A stretch of 64,000 nt of DNA from a virus, in IMG/VR virus record IMGVR_UViG_3300037808_001516, positions 79,906 through 143,905 of that record. One strand, 5' to 3'. Shown piece by piece: positions 38,385-48,690 of the stretch (within the stretch, counting starts at the first letter, position 1; every line of letters starts with the position of its first letter). The translations under genes were made by a program, and so were the position numbers. The notes beneath the pieces are model-generated. The model ran no database searches. It was not told the DNA's origin and worked only from the letters and a program-made list of their open reading frames with translations.

Positions 38385-40466
38385 ATGAGATACCTACCTT
38401 TGCTGCTAGTCTTAGCGTCCTGCGCAGACACAGTTCCACAACAAAGCGAGACAAATGACCTACAAGTAGGCATAAGTGCAGACCTTTTGTCCCCAGACAT
38501 ACAAATTATAGAAATCCCAGACATCATTGTCGATGCTTATGTCGACCCTTGTGCTGATGTTCGGAACATAGACGAGGACTATTGTGAATGCTTTCCTCGT
38601 TGTTGCCAGCGGCAAACTTGGTATTGCCCACCAACAGGAACAGAGATTCAGGCCAAAGAAGCTATTCTGGACATATGCGGGGAAGACTACATTCCATGTG
38701 ATAGAAACCTGGACGACACCTGCGCGCCATCAGAGATTATCTATGAAAGCGACTGCAACCACGCATTTGACTGTCCCCCGGGAATAAACGAAGACTTTAC
38801 AATGTATTATGATTGTGATGCAAATGGTATTCCGGGCAGACAAGAGGTAAGATGCGACAAAGGTAGATTATATTATGGAGAGTGTGTAACTTGCATCCCT
38901 TCAGACGAAGTATGTGATAGCGTCGACAATGATTGCGACGACGCAGTGGACGAGCATCAGCTAAATGAGTGTGGGCTATGTGGACCTCTTCCTCAGGATG
39001 TGTGCAACAACATAGATGATGACTGCGATGGCAATGTGGACGAAGACTTAGTTAGGGAATGTGTTACTGAATGCGAACGTGGCATCGAAGCGTGCATCGA
39101 AGGCCGTTGGATAGGTTGTACTGCGAGACAACCAACGGAAGAAGCCTGTGATGGCTTTGACAACGATTGTGATGCTCTGGTAGATGAAGCTTTAAACTGT
39201 CAGTGTCCCCCTGCTATGATCGGGGCCCTTATTCCCTGTATGGAGCCACCACTTACATGTGGTATGGGGTTCAAGACTTGCGAGTGTGATAACGACGATT
39301 GCTCTTTGACTAAAATGACGGATTGTCTTGCCCTCTGTTCTTGGTTGCCTGAAGAAGTGGTACCCGCAGACGCACCAGATACTTGCGATGAATTTCTGGG
39401 TATTCCGGTAGAGCCTGAGGTTTGCAATAATTTTGATGAAGACTGCGACGGACTCATCGACGAGCAACTAACAAAGTTTTGCTACTCAGGCCCCGAAGGA
39501 ACATCTAATGTGGGCGTCTGTCAAGTAGGAGAGATGTTGTGCAAGGAAGGTCAATGGTATGGAGAGGTTTCTAGTGGAGACCTACTGCTAGACTTTTGCG
39601 CCGGCGAGGTTGTACCAAGTAGAGAGATTTGTGACGGAGCAGATAACGACTGCGACGGCACTACAGACTTTGGAGAGGAAATACCAGACACAGACATTCT
39701 GTTCATCCTCGACTGGTCCGGGTCAATGTCGTACAGCATTGGCGCCACTCGCATGGCGATGAACAGGTTTGCTAATCAATTCGCAGCAGAGGACAAACTG
39801 AAGTGGGGACTAGAAACTGGACCCAGGATGCTACCAGCTCTTGGGCAGGACGACCTTGATACGGCAGAATATTTAAGAATTGAGACAAACATTGCAAGTT
39901 TTGCTGATTTTATGTCTGCATTCGCGAACGCCGGCAACTTCGATCTCGGATCCAGCAACGAAATGCTTCGTGACGCTGTCTATCTGTCAATTGATAATCT
40001 AACAACCAATGGACCCTATGACGTCTCTTCAGCTAGGTGGCTAAACAGGCTATCAACAAACGTAAATTCTATCCCTCCGCTGCAGCAATTCAAGATTGAC
40101 TGGAGGCAAGACGCCGACAGGATAATCATTGTTTTTACAGATGAGGATGATCAATCTTATTTGGTTCCGGAAGTAGAACCTTCAGACCTTATAACGGCCC
40201 TCTCCGCCACGCCAGACACAAAGCTATACGTCTTTACCAAACCTTACTATAGAGCCCAGTGGAGAAGGTATATCGACCCGACAGGTGGTAGTGCGTTCAT
40301 CCTTACGTCAAACTCAGAACAGATGTACAACGACTTGATGTCTATCCTTGATGAAATATGCCTGCCTGACTCGTCGACTGCAGCCTTACTGCCACTTGGC
40401 ATGCCCGGATATAAGAGAGTTAGTTATGGATCAAGATATGATTTTGAGATGGGGATATGTTACTAG
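38385..40466 (+). CDS. Lipoprotein with Cys/Asp MopE-type repeats and a C-terminal vWA domain
   Basis: Lipobox LLLVLASC; five (E/D).C(D/N)..D.DCD...D repeats; MIDAS DILFILDWSGSM and IIVFTDE. Confidence 0.85.
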   Translation: MRYLPLLLVLASCADTVPQQSETNDLQVGISADLLSPDIQIIEIPDIIVDAYVDPCADVRNIDEDYCECFPRCCQRQTWYCPPTGTEIQAKEAILDICGEDYIPCDRNLDDTCAPSEIIYESDCNHAFDCPPGINEDFTMYYDCDANGIPGRQEVRCDKGRLYYGECVTCIPSDEVCDSVDNDCDDAVDEHQLNECGLCGPLPQDVCNNIDDDCDGNVDEDLVRECVTECERGIEACIEGRWIGCTARQPTEEACDGFDNDCDALVDEALNCQCPPAMIGALIPCMEPPLTCGMGFKTCECDNDDCSLTKMTDCLALCSWLPEEVVPADAPDTCDEFLGIPVEPEVCNNFDEDCDGLIDEQLTKFCYSGPEGTSNVGVCQVGEMLCKEGQWYGEVSSGDLLLDFCAGEVVPSREICDGADNDCDGTTDFGEEIPDTDILFILDWSGSMSYSIGATRMAMNRFANQFAAEDKLKWGLETGPRMLPALGQDDLDTAEYLRIETNIASFADFMSAFANAGNFDLGSSNEMLRDAVYLSIDNLTTNGPYDVSSARWLNRLSTNVNSIPPLQQFKIDWRQDADRIIIVFTDEDDQSYLVPEVEPSDLITALSATPDTKLYVFTKPYYRAQWRRYIDPTGGSAFILTSNSEQMYNDLMSILDEICLPDSSTAALLPLGMPGYKRVSYGSRYDFEMGICY

Positions 40467-41209
40467 ATAGGGTTGTCATAGGTTCTACCACAGAGTCAGC
40501 CTATTACGCTCTCTTGAACGACTGCTTCTTTGTTTCGACTAGGCAGCACCCACCCATGTTTTATCGCGAGAATATTCAAACTTGGCCAAAGCTAAATCTT
40601 ATGCTGGGCTTGCTTTCACGCCTCATAGCGTTCGAGGACACAGAGACCATAAGACTCAGCGACACACAATTGAAAATCTCGGCGCAAAACAATACATACA
40701 AATATAACTTTAAAGAATGTTTTGTGTTCGACACCACCGCCGTACAATTGGATAATGAGGTGGAGCAAACAAATCCAAAAACTTTTATCGTTTTTGATGA
40801 TTTCGAATTATCTACATTAGGTAAACACAGATTTGAGATAGAGCCGATATCAGACGGCACTGGTTTCACGCGCGAAATGCACTTCTATTCCTCAGACAGA
40901 GTTGATGGATCTTCTTACATAACAGATTGTGTGGTGGAGTCGGAGTTGACACAAGAACAACTAAATTCCTTTGACTATTCTGACACTATAGCCCGATTCG
41001 TAGTCGAAAGACACTTGACTTCTGTTGGTATTTATGGTACATTCATGAAGCACTATAAGAGTGGAAAGCCAAAATATCGAAAACCAAAAGTGAAACACGT
41101 AAATAGATTTTCTTATCCCAAGGACAACAACGTATATGCGGACTCATCAACGGTAAAAATACTGAATCTTTCTATGGAGCAAATAATTGAAGAGAGCACC
41201 GAAAGGTAG
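40457..41209 (+). CDS. Hypothetical protein (degenerate Rossmann-like N-terminus)
   Basis: DRVVIGSTTESAYYAL. Confidence 0.5.
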   Translation: MLLDRVVIGSTTESAYYALLNDCFFVSTRQHPPMFYRENIQTWPKLNLMLGLLSRLIAFEDTETIRLSDTQLKISAQNNTYKYNFKECFVFDTTAVQLDNEVEQTNPKTFIVFDDFELSTLGKHRFEIEPISDGTGFTREMHFYSSDRVDGSSYITDCVVESELTQEQLNSFDYSDTIARFVVERHLTSVGIYGTFMKHYKSGKPKYRKPKVKHVNRFSYPKDNNVYADSSTVKILNLSMEQIIEESTER

Positions 41210-42047
41210 AAATGTTGTAGGAATTGTTCCCTTAGCTGGATGGAACAACTCCTTTGATTTCCCGTGGCCAGACTACCTGCACCCAGTCAGGCAAGGAATG
41301 TTAGCCATCGAGAGATCTGTGTATGAGTGCGCCTACGGTGGATGCGATAGCATTTGGATAGTGTGCGGAGACGACGTGGCGCCAATCGTGAAAAGAAGAC
41401 TGGGAGACTACGTCATGTCACCCCGGTATTTTGAAGAGAAGGAGTTTGTAAAGAACAGGGGCTATCACGAAAAATGGGTGCCCATATTCTACACACCGTT
41501 ATCGCAAAAAGACCGCGACCGCCGGGACAGCCTGGGATGGTCAGCGCTCCATGGAGCGCTCATGGCTTTTCAGATATCTGACAAAATGTCACAGTGGGTG
41601 CTGCCTACAAAATACTTTGTCTCCTTTCCTTATGGGTTATATGATGCCACGATGATTAGAGAGCATAGGGATTCGATACGAGGACCAGCCTCATTCTTCC
41701 TTTCCTATAATGACAAAACAGTCAGGGACGGACTCTATCTTAGCTTCACGTTCTTTCCCGAAGATTGGCCAAAGTTTAAACATCACGTCAAGAACCAGTG
41801 TACCGGTGGCAGCCGAGACACACCAATTCAACAAAGATGGTCAAGTCGTCATTTTTCACTTGACAAAATATTCAACATTGATGTAATATCAATAGATAAG
41901 AAGGTAGAGATACCTGAGTATTACGATTTAGATACGTGGGATAGTTTGCAAGATTATTATCGATCAGAGATGAAGATGCCTAGGCCCAGCAGACAATTTA
42001 TGAAACCATATCACCACAGGAGAATGATAGAAGATGAACAAGATTGA
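41187..42047 (+). CDS. Nucleotidyltransferase-fold (GT-A-like) protein, divergent
   Basis: VGIVPLAG, P..LHPV, IERSVYECAYGGCDSIWIV, YYDLDTWD. Confidence 0.55.
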   Translation: MKRAPKGRNVVGIVPLAGWNNSFDFPWPDYLHPVRQGMLAIERSVYECAYGGCDSIWIVCGDDVAPIVKRRLGDYVMSPRYFEEKEFVKNRGYHEKWVPIFYTPLSQKDRDRRDSLGWSALHGALMAFQISDKMSQWVLPTKYFVSFPYGLYDATMIREHRDSIRGPASFFLSYNDKTVRDGLYLSFTFFPEDWPKFKHHVKNQCTGGSRDTPIQQRWSSRHFSLDKIFNIDVISIDKKVEIPEYYDLDTWDSLQDYYRSEMKMPRPSRQFMKPYHHRRMIEDEQD

Positions 42048-42231
42048 AGAAACGTATGAGCTAGTGCCGTCAATAATCAAGGAACATGCAGGCCTACCCG
42101 ACTCATTTAAAGACTTGACAAATGACCAGGAAAGGTTTATAATGGAGATGTTCCAAATTGATAGAGAAGTGGTAAAAGCCACATTGCTAGAAACAGTAGA
42201 AGAAATGAAAGAATTAGTGAATGACATCTAA
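42034..42231 (+). CDS. Hypothetical protein
   Basis: Overlaps both neighbouring genes. Confidence 0.5.
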   Translation: MNKIEETYELVPSIIKEHAGLPDSFKDLTNDQERFIMEMFQIDREVVKATLLETVEEMKELVNDI

Positions 42232-45200
42232 AACAACCAGTAATATCCCCTTCGTAGGATTACATGCCCACTCAGTTGCGGGCTCTCCATTTGACGCTCT
42301 CGGCTATCCACCAGAGCACATGGACTTTGCCTATGAAAATGGTATGGACGCACTTGCGCTTACCGACCATGGTAATATGAATGGCCTAGCTTGGCAGGTT
42401 CTCCACGCAAAGAAGATGAAGAAGGAAGGTAAAGAGTTCAAGCCAATCTTCGGTTGTGAGGCTTACTTTATTCCATCTGTTGCGAAGTGGAAAGAAGAGT
42501 ATGAGGAAATCAAAGCAGCCTCCAAGAAGAAGTCTGACTACGAAGCAGACAACTCTGGGACCACAGTGGAAGACGAGGGCTCTTCTAAAAAGCGTATCAA
42601 GTCTGTTCTCAACAGAAGACGACATCTTATCTTGCTGGCACAAAACCAGACAGGTTTGCAGAACATCTTCAAAATGATTTCCAAGTCCTATACCAATGAT
42701 AACTTTTATCGTTATCCTCGTGTTGATTACGCCATGCTTAAGAAGCACAATGAAGGTGTCATCGCAGCTTCAGCTTGTCTTGGTGGTGTCTATGCTGGGA
42801 ACTACTGGGAGAACCGAGACACTGGCCCCGACGCCATATTGGGAGCGATGCGACAAACAACACAGAAGATGCAATCTATCTTCGGTGATCGATGGTATGG
42901 TGAACTGCAGTGGAATAACGTTCCGGAGCAGCACGACCTCAACCAATACATTATCCAGATGCACCAAGAGTTTGGTATTGAACTTATCTCAACCGCTGAT
43001 TCGCACTACTATAATGCAGACGTCTGGAAAGACCGTGAGCTTTATAAACGATTAGGTTGGCTAGGTAAAGGTAAGCCGGACTACTTATCAGACGAGCTTC
43101 CGCTTTCCGTTGAAGAAGTTGGCTACGAATTGTATCCAAAGAACGGAGACCAGATGTTCGAATCTTACAAGAAATACTCAGAAGAGTGCGGAGTAAAGTA
43201 TGATGACAAATTGGTTCTCGACTCAATCACCAGAACGCACCAGATTGCGCACGAAAGGATTGAGACATTCCTACCAGACAACACGGTTCGGCTACCGGAC
43301 TTCGTTGTCCCAGAGGGATCGACTGCTGGTCAAACCTTGGCTGCCCTCTGTGTTGAGGGTCTTCGGTCCCTTGACCTCCATACAAACCAGGAGTATGTGG
43401 ATCGCCTCAAGCATGAAGTTAGCGTCATCGAAGAGAGGGGTTTCTCCAAGTATTTCTTGACCATGAAGTCTATCGCTGACGTTGCGGTAGAAAAGCAGCT
43501 GGTCGGCGCAGGACGAGGTTCTGCCGCCGGCTCACTGGTAGCGTACGTTCTAAACATCACCCAGGTCAACCCTATCAAGTATGGGCTTCAGTTCGAAAGA
43601 TTCCTAACTAAGGGCGGCGCAGGCTACCCAGACATTGACTATGATGTATCTGACCCGATGGTCCTCAAGGAAATTCTTATTGACCAATGGGGCGACAACT
43701 CTGTTGTACCCATCACCAATTGGAACACACTTCAGTTGCGTTCGCTCATCAAAGACATCTCAAAGTTCTACGGTATTGACTTCCAAGAAGCAAACAATGT
43801 AACTAGTAAGATGGTTTATGAGGCAACCCCTCGGGCCAAGGCAAAGCATGGTATTACATCTGGTGTGTATGCTCCCACATTTGAGGAGTTGGTCGAGTAT
43901 TCAGAGTCCTTACAGGGTTTCTTGGAAAAGTATCCGAACATCAGAACTCATATCGAGAAACTGTATGGACAAACGCGTTCTGCTTCTCGACATGCTGGCG
44001 GTGTTGTTGTAGGTGAGAACCTAGACCAGTGGATGCCACTTATCAACTCAGGAGGAGTTCGACAAACACCATGGTCCGAGGGTATGAACGTAAGACACTT
44101 GGAGCCAATGGGTTTCATCAAGTTTGATATCTTGGGTCTTGCTTCACTTCGCATGCTGGAGGGCGCCATCGAGCGTATCCTCAAACGTCATCACGGAATG
44201 GAGAACCCTACATTTGCGGACATCAAAGATTTCTACGACAAGAACTTACACCCAGAGAAGATTGACTTGGATGATAAAGAAGTTTGGGAGAATGTCTTTC
44301 ACAAGGGTAAGTGGGCAGGTATCTTCCAGTTCACAGAGACCGGCGCTCAATCGTTCTGCAAGAATGCTAAGCCAGATAACATCATTGACTTGTCGGCTAT
44401 CACTTCTATCTATCGACCAGGTCCACTAGGTGCGGGAGTAGACAGAAAGTACATCGGAGCAAAGTCAAATCCAGAGGACGTGGAATACGTCAACAAGCAT
44501 GTGCGAGAAGTAACAGAAGAAACATACGGCTTCCTTATTTTTCAGGAGCAGATTGCTATGTTGGCTCACAAGTTAGGCAAGGACTTATCCCTGGATGAAG
44601 GTAATAAGCTCAGAAAACTACTTACTAAGAAGGGTACTGGTGAAGTCCAGGCTCAGAAAGACAAAATCTTTGACAAGTTCAAGCGCGGATGCTTGGAGAA
44701 AGGAATGAAAGATTATGAAGCTAGAGAACTTTGGGAAACATTTGAGTACTTTTCAGGCTACGGCTTTAATAAATCTCACGCTGTATCCTATTGTGTGCTC
44801 TCTTATCAGTGTGCTTATCTTCTTAACTACTATCCATCGGAATGGCTAGCAGCCTTCTTGGATAAAGAGCCGGAGACAAGAAAAGAAAGAGCAATCGCAA
44901 CAGCTAAGTCGCTTGGTTACAACGTAGAGCAACTCAACGTAAATACGTCAGGTGTCGGCTGGGAAATCAGCGATGATGGAAAGACTTTGATTCAACCCCT
45001 GTCCTCCATCAAAGGACTGGGCATCAAAGCTATCGAGCAAATCATCGAGCACAGACCGTTCAACACTATTGAGGAGTTCTTGTTCCACCCGAAGATTACT
45101 TACTCTAAACTAAATAAGAAGTCCATCACCGCTCTGTGTCTTTCCCAGGCCCTGAGCACATTACAAGACGACAGGTTCTCCGGTATGCAGCACTTTTATG

Positions 45201-45655
45201 CTGCTGTCGCAAATGACCGACCAAGGAAGGAGAAGAACCTGGATGAGAACATAGAGAGATATGAGCCAGAGGGTGACTTTTCCGAAGAAGAAAAGCTAGA
45301 GTATCTCGTCAATCTTACTGGCGTGTTCCCAATCAACGCAGTGGTTACACCAAGAGTAAGGCAGAAGCTGAACGAACTATATGTTCCGCCTATTTCAGAG
45401 TTCGACCCTGAATTAGGTGTGACCTGGTTTATCCCTAGGGAATGCATACTAAAGAAATCAAAGAACGGCAAGAACTTTTACGTGGTAAAGGTGATTGATG
45501 ACAACAACGAGATGACAACTATCCGATGCTGGGGTGTAGATCCCAAGAAAGATATTGTCCAAATCAACCGGCCTTATATGGCCAGACTAAACTATAATCA
45601 ACAGTGGGGATTTTCCACATTCAGTATGAGAAAAATGTTCAAGCTATTAGCATAA
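42221..45655 (+). CDS. dnaE: DNA polymerase III alpha subunit (family C)
   Basis: PHP LHAHS/ALTDHG/TADSHY, GRGSAAGSLV, FERF, PDIDYD, HAGGVV, KFDILGL, YGFNKSHA. Confidence 0.97.
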   Translation: MTSKTTSNIPFVGLHAHSVAGSPFDALGYPPEHMDFAYENGMDALALTDHGNMNGLAWQVLHAKKMKKEGKEFKPIFGCEAYFIPSVAKWKEEYEEIKAASKKKSDYEADNSGTTVEDEGSSKKRIKSVLNRRRHLILLAQNQTGLQNIFKMISKSYTNDNFYRYPRVDYAMLKKHNEGVIAASACLGGVYAGNYWENRDTGPDAILGAMRQTTQKMQSIFGDRWYGELQWNNVPEQHDLNQYIIQMHQEFGIELISTADSHYYNADVWKDRELYKRLGWLGKGKPDYLSDELPLSVEEVGYELYPKNGDQMFESYKKYSEECGVKYDDKLVLDSITRTHQIAHERIETFLPDNTVRLPDFVVPEGSTAGQTLAALCVEGLRSLDLHTNQEYVDRLKHEVSVIEERGFSKYFLTMKSIADVAVEKQLVGAGRGSAAGSLVAYVLNITQVNPIKYGLQFERFLTKGGAGYPDIDYDVSDPMVLKEILIDQWGDNSVVPITNWNTLQLRSLIKDISKFYGIDFQEANNVTSKMVYEATPRAKAKHGITSGVYAPTFEELVEYSESLQGFLEKYPNIRTHIEKLYGQTRSASRHAGGVVVGENLDQWMPLINSGGVRQTPWSEGMNVRHLEPMGFIKFDILGLASLRMLEGAIERILKRHHGMENPTFADIKDFYDKNLHPEKIDLDDKEVWENVFHKGKWAGIFQFTETGAQSFCKNAKPDNIIDLSAITSIYRPGPLGAGVDRKYIGAKSNPEDVEYVNKHVREVTEETYGFLIFQEQIAMLAHKLGKDLSLDEGNKLRKLLTKKGTGEVQAQKDKIFDKFKRGCLEKGMKDYEARELWETFEYFSGYGFNKSHAVSYCVLSYQCAYLLNYYPSEWLAAFLDKEPETRKERAIATAKSLGYNVEQLNVNTSGVGWEISDDGKTLIQPLSSIKGLGIKAIEQIIEHRPFNTIEEFLFHPKITYSKLNKKSITALCLSQALSTLQDDRFSGMQHFYAAVANDRPRKEKNLDENIERYEPEGDFSEEEKLEYLVNLTGVFPINAVVTPRVRQKLNELYVPPISEFDPELGVTWFIPRECILKKSKNGKNFYVVKVIDDNNEMTTIRCWGVDPKKDIVQINRPYMARLNYNQQWGFSTFSMRKMFKLLA

Positions 45656-45666
45656 AGGAGAAAACA

Positions 45667-46134
45667 ATGGCATCATTAGACAATAGTAGAGTAAGAGTAT
45701 TTCGCACCCGGCCCGACGCGAAACTACCAGTTAGGGCACACAGAACAGACGCAGGGATGGACTTTTTCTTCAATCCCATCGAGGGCGCAGCAGTAAGAAT
45801 CCAGCCAGGTCAGAGTGTCTTGCTGGAGACTGGAGTGAAGATGGAGGTACCGTCAGACTGCATGCTGCAAATCATGAACAAGTCAGGTGTAGCTAGCAAA
45901 CTGCATCTCATCACAGGTGCTTGTGTCGTGGACGAGGGATACACAGGAGAGATCTTTGTAAACCTTCACAACATTGGAAAGGATGTAGAGTTCATTGAGC
46001 CAGGACAAAAGGTCGCTCAAGGCGTATTCGTCAGAATCGAGAAACCTGGGTTACAGGTAATCGAAGAAGATAATATCTATGATAAGGAAACGACCAGGGG
46101 CGATGGTGCACTTGGTTCAACAGGAGATAAGTAA
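45667..46134 (+). CDS. dut: dUTPase (trimeric)
   Basis: DAGMD, KSGVA, VVDEGYTGEI, KVAQ, RGDGALGSTG; ATG after AAGGAG. Confidence 0.95.
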   Translation: MASLDNSRVRVFRTRPDAKLPVRAHRTDAGMDFFFNPIEGAAVRIQPGQSVLLETGVKMEVPSDCMLQIMNKSGVASKLHLITGACVVDEGYTGEIFVNLHNIGKDVEFIEPGQKVAQGVFVRIEKPGLQVIEEDNIYDKETTRGDGALGSTGDK

Positions 46135-46400
46135 TGGGAAGCTTTGCAAGGAAAATAAAACGAAAGCAATTCGTCCAGGCTAGAAAGCAGTTCATGAAAG
46201 ATTTCAAATCTTCCATGGCCAACTTCAAGAAACAGGTAAAGTGCACAGAATGCGACCGACCTCCGGCGCAAGGTGAGAACATTGACGACTGGCACGTAAA
46301 TAAGTACTCAGAAAACATTGACTTAATTTGTACCAGCTGTTATACTAAAGAAGAAAGTGAGGAAATCAGTGAAGAAACTCAAGACAGCCCTGAGCTTTGA
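46134..46400 (+). CDS. Small Zn-finger protein
   Basis: CTEC ... CTSC. Confidence 0.55.
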   Translation: MGSFARKIKRKQFVQARKQFMKDFKSSMANFKKQVKCTECDRPPAQGENIDDWHVNKYSENIDLICTSCYTKEESEEISEETQDSPEL

Positions 46401-47391
46401 TGACGTGCTATTAGTGCCTCAGAAATCAGACATAGAATCAAGATCCGAGGTTGATACTTCTTCTGTGATTGGCGAATATAAATTTAGCTTGCCTATCATC
46501 TCTTCCCCTATGGACACCGTAACCGGAGAGGACATGGCTTTTGCTATGGGTGAGGCCGGAGGATTCGGCATTGTACATAGATATAACACAATCGAAGATC
46601 AGTCCTCACTGGTAAGGAGAGCCGTCATAGGTCGCGACTACAAAGTCGGCGCAGCCATAGGGGTCAGTGGTGATTTTGACACTAGAGCTTCTGCAGTTGT
46701 AGAGGCGGGAGCATTTTTATTGTGCGTTGACGTGGCCCATGGCCATCATTCAAACGTAGAAAGAGCAATAAAGACGCTAAAAGATAAGTTCGGAGAAAAA
46801 GTTACTATAATGGCTGGAAACGTTGCAACCGCTGACGCATTTGCGGATCTACAAGAGTGGGGATCAGATGCAATCAGGGTTGGAGTCGGCGGCGGCAGTA
46901 TTTGTAGCACTCGCATTCAAACAGCTCACGGCGTGCCCACTTTTCAGTCTGTATTAGAATGTAGTAGAGCGGTCGACAACGCCTCGTTAGTCGCGGATGG
47001 TGGAATCAAAAACGCCGGCGACATTGTAAAGTGTCTCGCCGCCGGCGCAGACTTTGTTATGCTTGGATCTCTGTTGGCGGGAACAAAAGAATCACCAGGA
47101 GAAACATTTCAAGGCAACGATGGCCGCAAGTACAAAGCTTATAGAGGAATGGCTTCTAGAGAAGCTCAAATCGCCTGGAGAGGAAGGTCTAGTTCCCTGG
47201 AAGGGGTCTCTACAACGATACCTTACAAAGGGAGAGTCTCAGAGATCTTACCGGACCTCCACCAGAACATTCGCTCTGGTCTTTCCTATAGTGGTTCCAG
47301 GTCAATCCGAGAATTTAGAGATAAAGTAAAGATGATTAAGCAAACATCTTCAGGCATCTCTGAAAGTGCAACTCACATTTTAACAAAATGA
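46357..47391 (+). CDS. guaB: IMP dehydrogenase / GMP reductase family, no CBS domains
   Basis: [53 protein letters not shown]-like; start could be 46369. Confidence 0.85.
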   Translation: MRKSVKKLKTALSFDDVLLVPQKSDIESRSEVDTSSVIGEYKFSLPIISSPMDTVTGEDMAFAMGEAGGFGIVHRYNTIEDQSSLVRRAVIGRDYKVGAAIGVSGDFDTRASAVVEAGAFLLCVDVAHGHHSNVERAIKTLKDKFGEKVTIMAGNVATADAFADLQEWGSDAIRVGVGGGSICSTRIQTAHGVPTFQSVLECSRAVDNASLVADGGIKNAGDIVKCLAAGADFVMLGSLLAGTKESPGETFQGNDGRKYKAYRGMASREAQIAWRGRSSSLEGVSTTIPYKGRVSEILPDLHQNIRSGLSYSGSRSIREFRDKVKMIKQTSSGISESATHILTK

Positions 47392-47723
47392 AAGAACATC
47401 AGCCAAAAAAAGTAGTTGTCATATCTTTTTCAGCTTATGAGAAGACATCAGCAGACATTAAACTTAGAATAAGAAACGATAACCTTACACAAGTGAGTTG
47501 GTTTTCAGGAATAGCAAAATTATACCTTGAAAACGACCCTGACATGTTGAAGGTTATGTACAAAGTAAAAGAAAATGCCCGGTCAATGGGCAAGAGAAAA
47601 TTAAACAGATACAAAAAGGATATTGATTCAGGCCAAGACCTCATGAGGGACCTTGGAATTACTGAATCTGACAAGGATAATATTTTCGATATGATTGAAA
47701 TGGATTTAAAAGAATATGAGTGA
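47388..47723 (+). CDS. Hypothetical protein, possible ribbon-helix-helix regulator
   Basis: Beta strand VVISFS followed by two helices. Confidence 0.4.
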   Translation: MKEHQPKKVVVISFSAYEKTSADIKLRIRNDNLTQVSWFSGIAKLYLENDPDMLKVMYKVKENARSMGKRKLNRYKKDIDSGQDLMRDLGITESDKDNIFDMIEMDLKEYE

Positions 47724-47955
47724 TGAGGTTTGTGATTATTGTGGTGGACTCAAGGAAAGATGTTGGATAGACTACCCAGAAGATAACAACTGCGTCCATT
47801 GCACAGTGGACAAGCATGGGCAATTAACTTTAGAGCAAGCGGCAAAAAGATTGCACATATCTTTAGTGAGAGTTTCCCAGATAGAGAAAGAGGCCCTTAA
47901 GAAGCTTTCTAAGAGAATAAAATTTGACTTTCTAGATGAAAAAGACTATTTATAG
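47716..47955 (+). CDS. Stand-alone sigma70 region 4-like HTH with Cys-rich N-terminus
   Basis: LTLEQAAKRLHISLVRVSQIEKEALKKL; CDYC and CVHC. Confidence 0.75.
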   Translation: MSDEVCDYCGGLKERCWIDYPEDNNCVHCTVDKHGQLTLEQAAKRLHISLVRVSQIEKEALKKLSKRIKFDFLDEKDYL

Positions 47956-48003
47956 TTGTATTATTTATACCAATCACCGCTTTCGAAAAAGGAGAAATAT
48001 AAA

Positions 48004-48594
48004 ATGAGTGATAACAAAATGTTAAAAGAAAACACAATCCGCAGGTTTATGAAACTTGCAAACGTCGATGCAATGACTGAGAATTTTGTCAGTGAAATGT
48101 ACAGTGCCCCTGGTAAGAAAGAGGAAGAAGACGTAAAAGAGAACGAAGAGATCAACGAAGAAGAGGAAGTTGAACTTGAAGAAAATCTAGAGGACCTCGA
48201 AGAAGAAGAGGAAATGGAACTAGACGCTGAGTTGGACATGGATCCAGAAGGCGATATGGACATGGATCCAGAAGGTGAAATGGACGAGCCAGCAGATGAG
48301 CCAGGAGCCGCAGACATGAGCCTTACTGAAGAGGAGGCACAACTTCTTATCAGCCTAGGCGAAAGACTATCAGCAGCAATGGGATCTGAATCTGACGAAG
48401 ACATGGAAGACATGGAAGACATGGAAGACATGGGAGACATGGGAGAAGCCGATCCAGAAATGGAAGAAGAGGAGCCCGAAGCCCCAGGCATGCGCCAGTC
48501 AGTATATGAGAATGAGCAAGAAGACCTTGTGAACGAAGTGCTTAAGAGAGTTACTAAAAGACTTGTTGCTGCAAAGCTCAAGAATAGAAAGTAA
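48004..48594 (+). CDS. Acidic putative head-internal/core protein
   Basis: Late box at 47945, AAGGAG RBS, MLKENTIRRFMKLA, D/E/M-rich. Confidence 0.6.
   Translation: MSDNKMLKENTIRRFMKLANVDAMTENFVSEMYSAPGKKEEEDVKENEEINEEEEVELEENLEDLEEEEEMELDAELDMDPEGDMDMDPEGEMDEPADEPGAADMSLTEEEAQLLISLGERLSAAMGSESDEDMEDMEDMEDMGDMGEADPEMEEEEPEAPGMRQSVYENEQEDLVNEVLKRVTKRLVAAKLKNRK
48397..48441 (+). repeat. 9-bp tandem repeat (GAAGACATG)x4 + GGAGACATG
   Basis: Directly visible; encodes EDM repeats. Confidence 0.9.
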
Positions 48595-48617
48595 GATAAA
48601 ATAATACGTTATCACTT

Positions 48618-48654
48618 AAAGCCCCAAACCTATCAAGGTCACTGGGGCTTTTTG
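48618..48654 (+). terminator. Rho-independent terminator
   Basis: AAAGCCCCA...TGGGGCTTT followed by Ts. Confidence 0.75.
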
Positions 48655-48655
48655 C

Positions 48656-48684
48656 TTGATTTCCAACAGGAAAGATGCTAAAAT
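48656..48684 (+). promoter_or_regulatory. Sigma70-type promoter
   Basis: TTGATT-17 nt-TAAAAT with extended -10; start codon 6 nt downstream suggests a leaderless mRNA. Confidence 0.55.
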
Positions 48685-48690
48685 AATATT

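Noticed and set aside
41860-41889. TTGACA inside the NTP-transferase-like gene as a dnaE promoter
   Set aside because: The -10 match is weak (TAATAT at 18-nt spacing), so it was not called
31139-45655. Inteins or introns in RecA, DnaB, NrdJ and DnaE
   Set aside because: Normal lengths, contiguous motifs and no splice-junction or LAGLIDADG signatures seen
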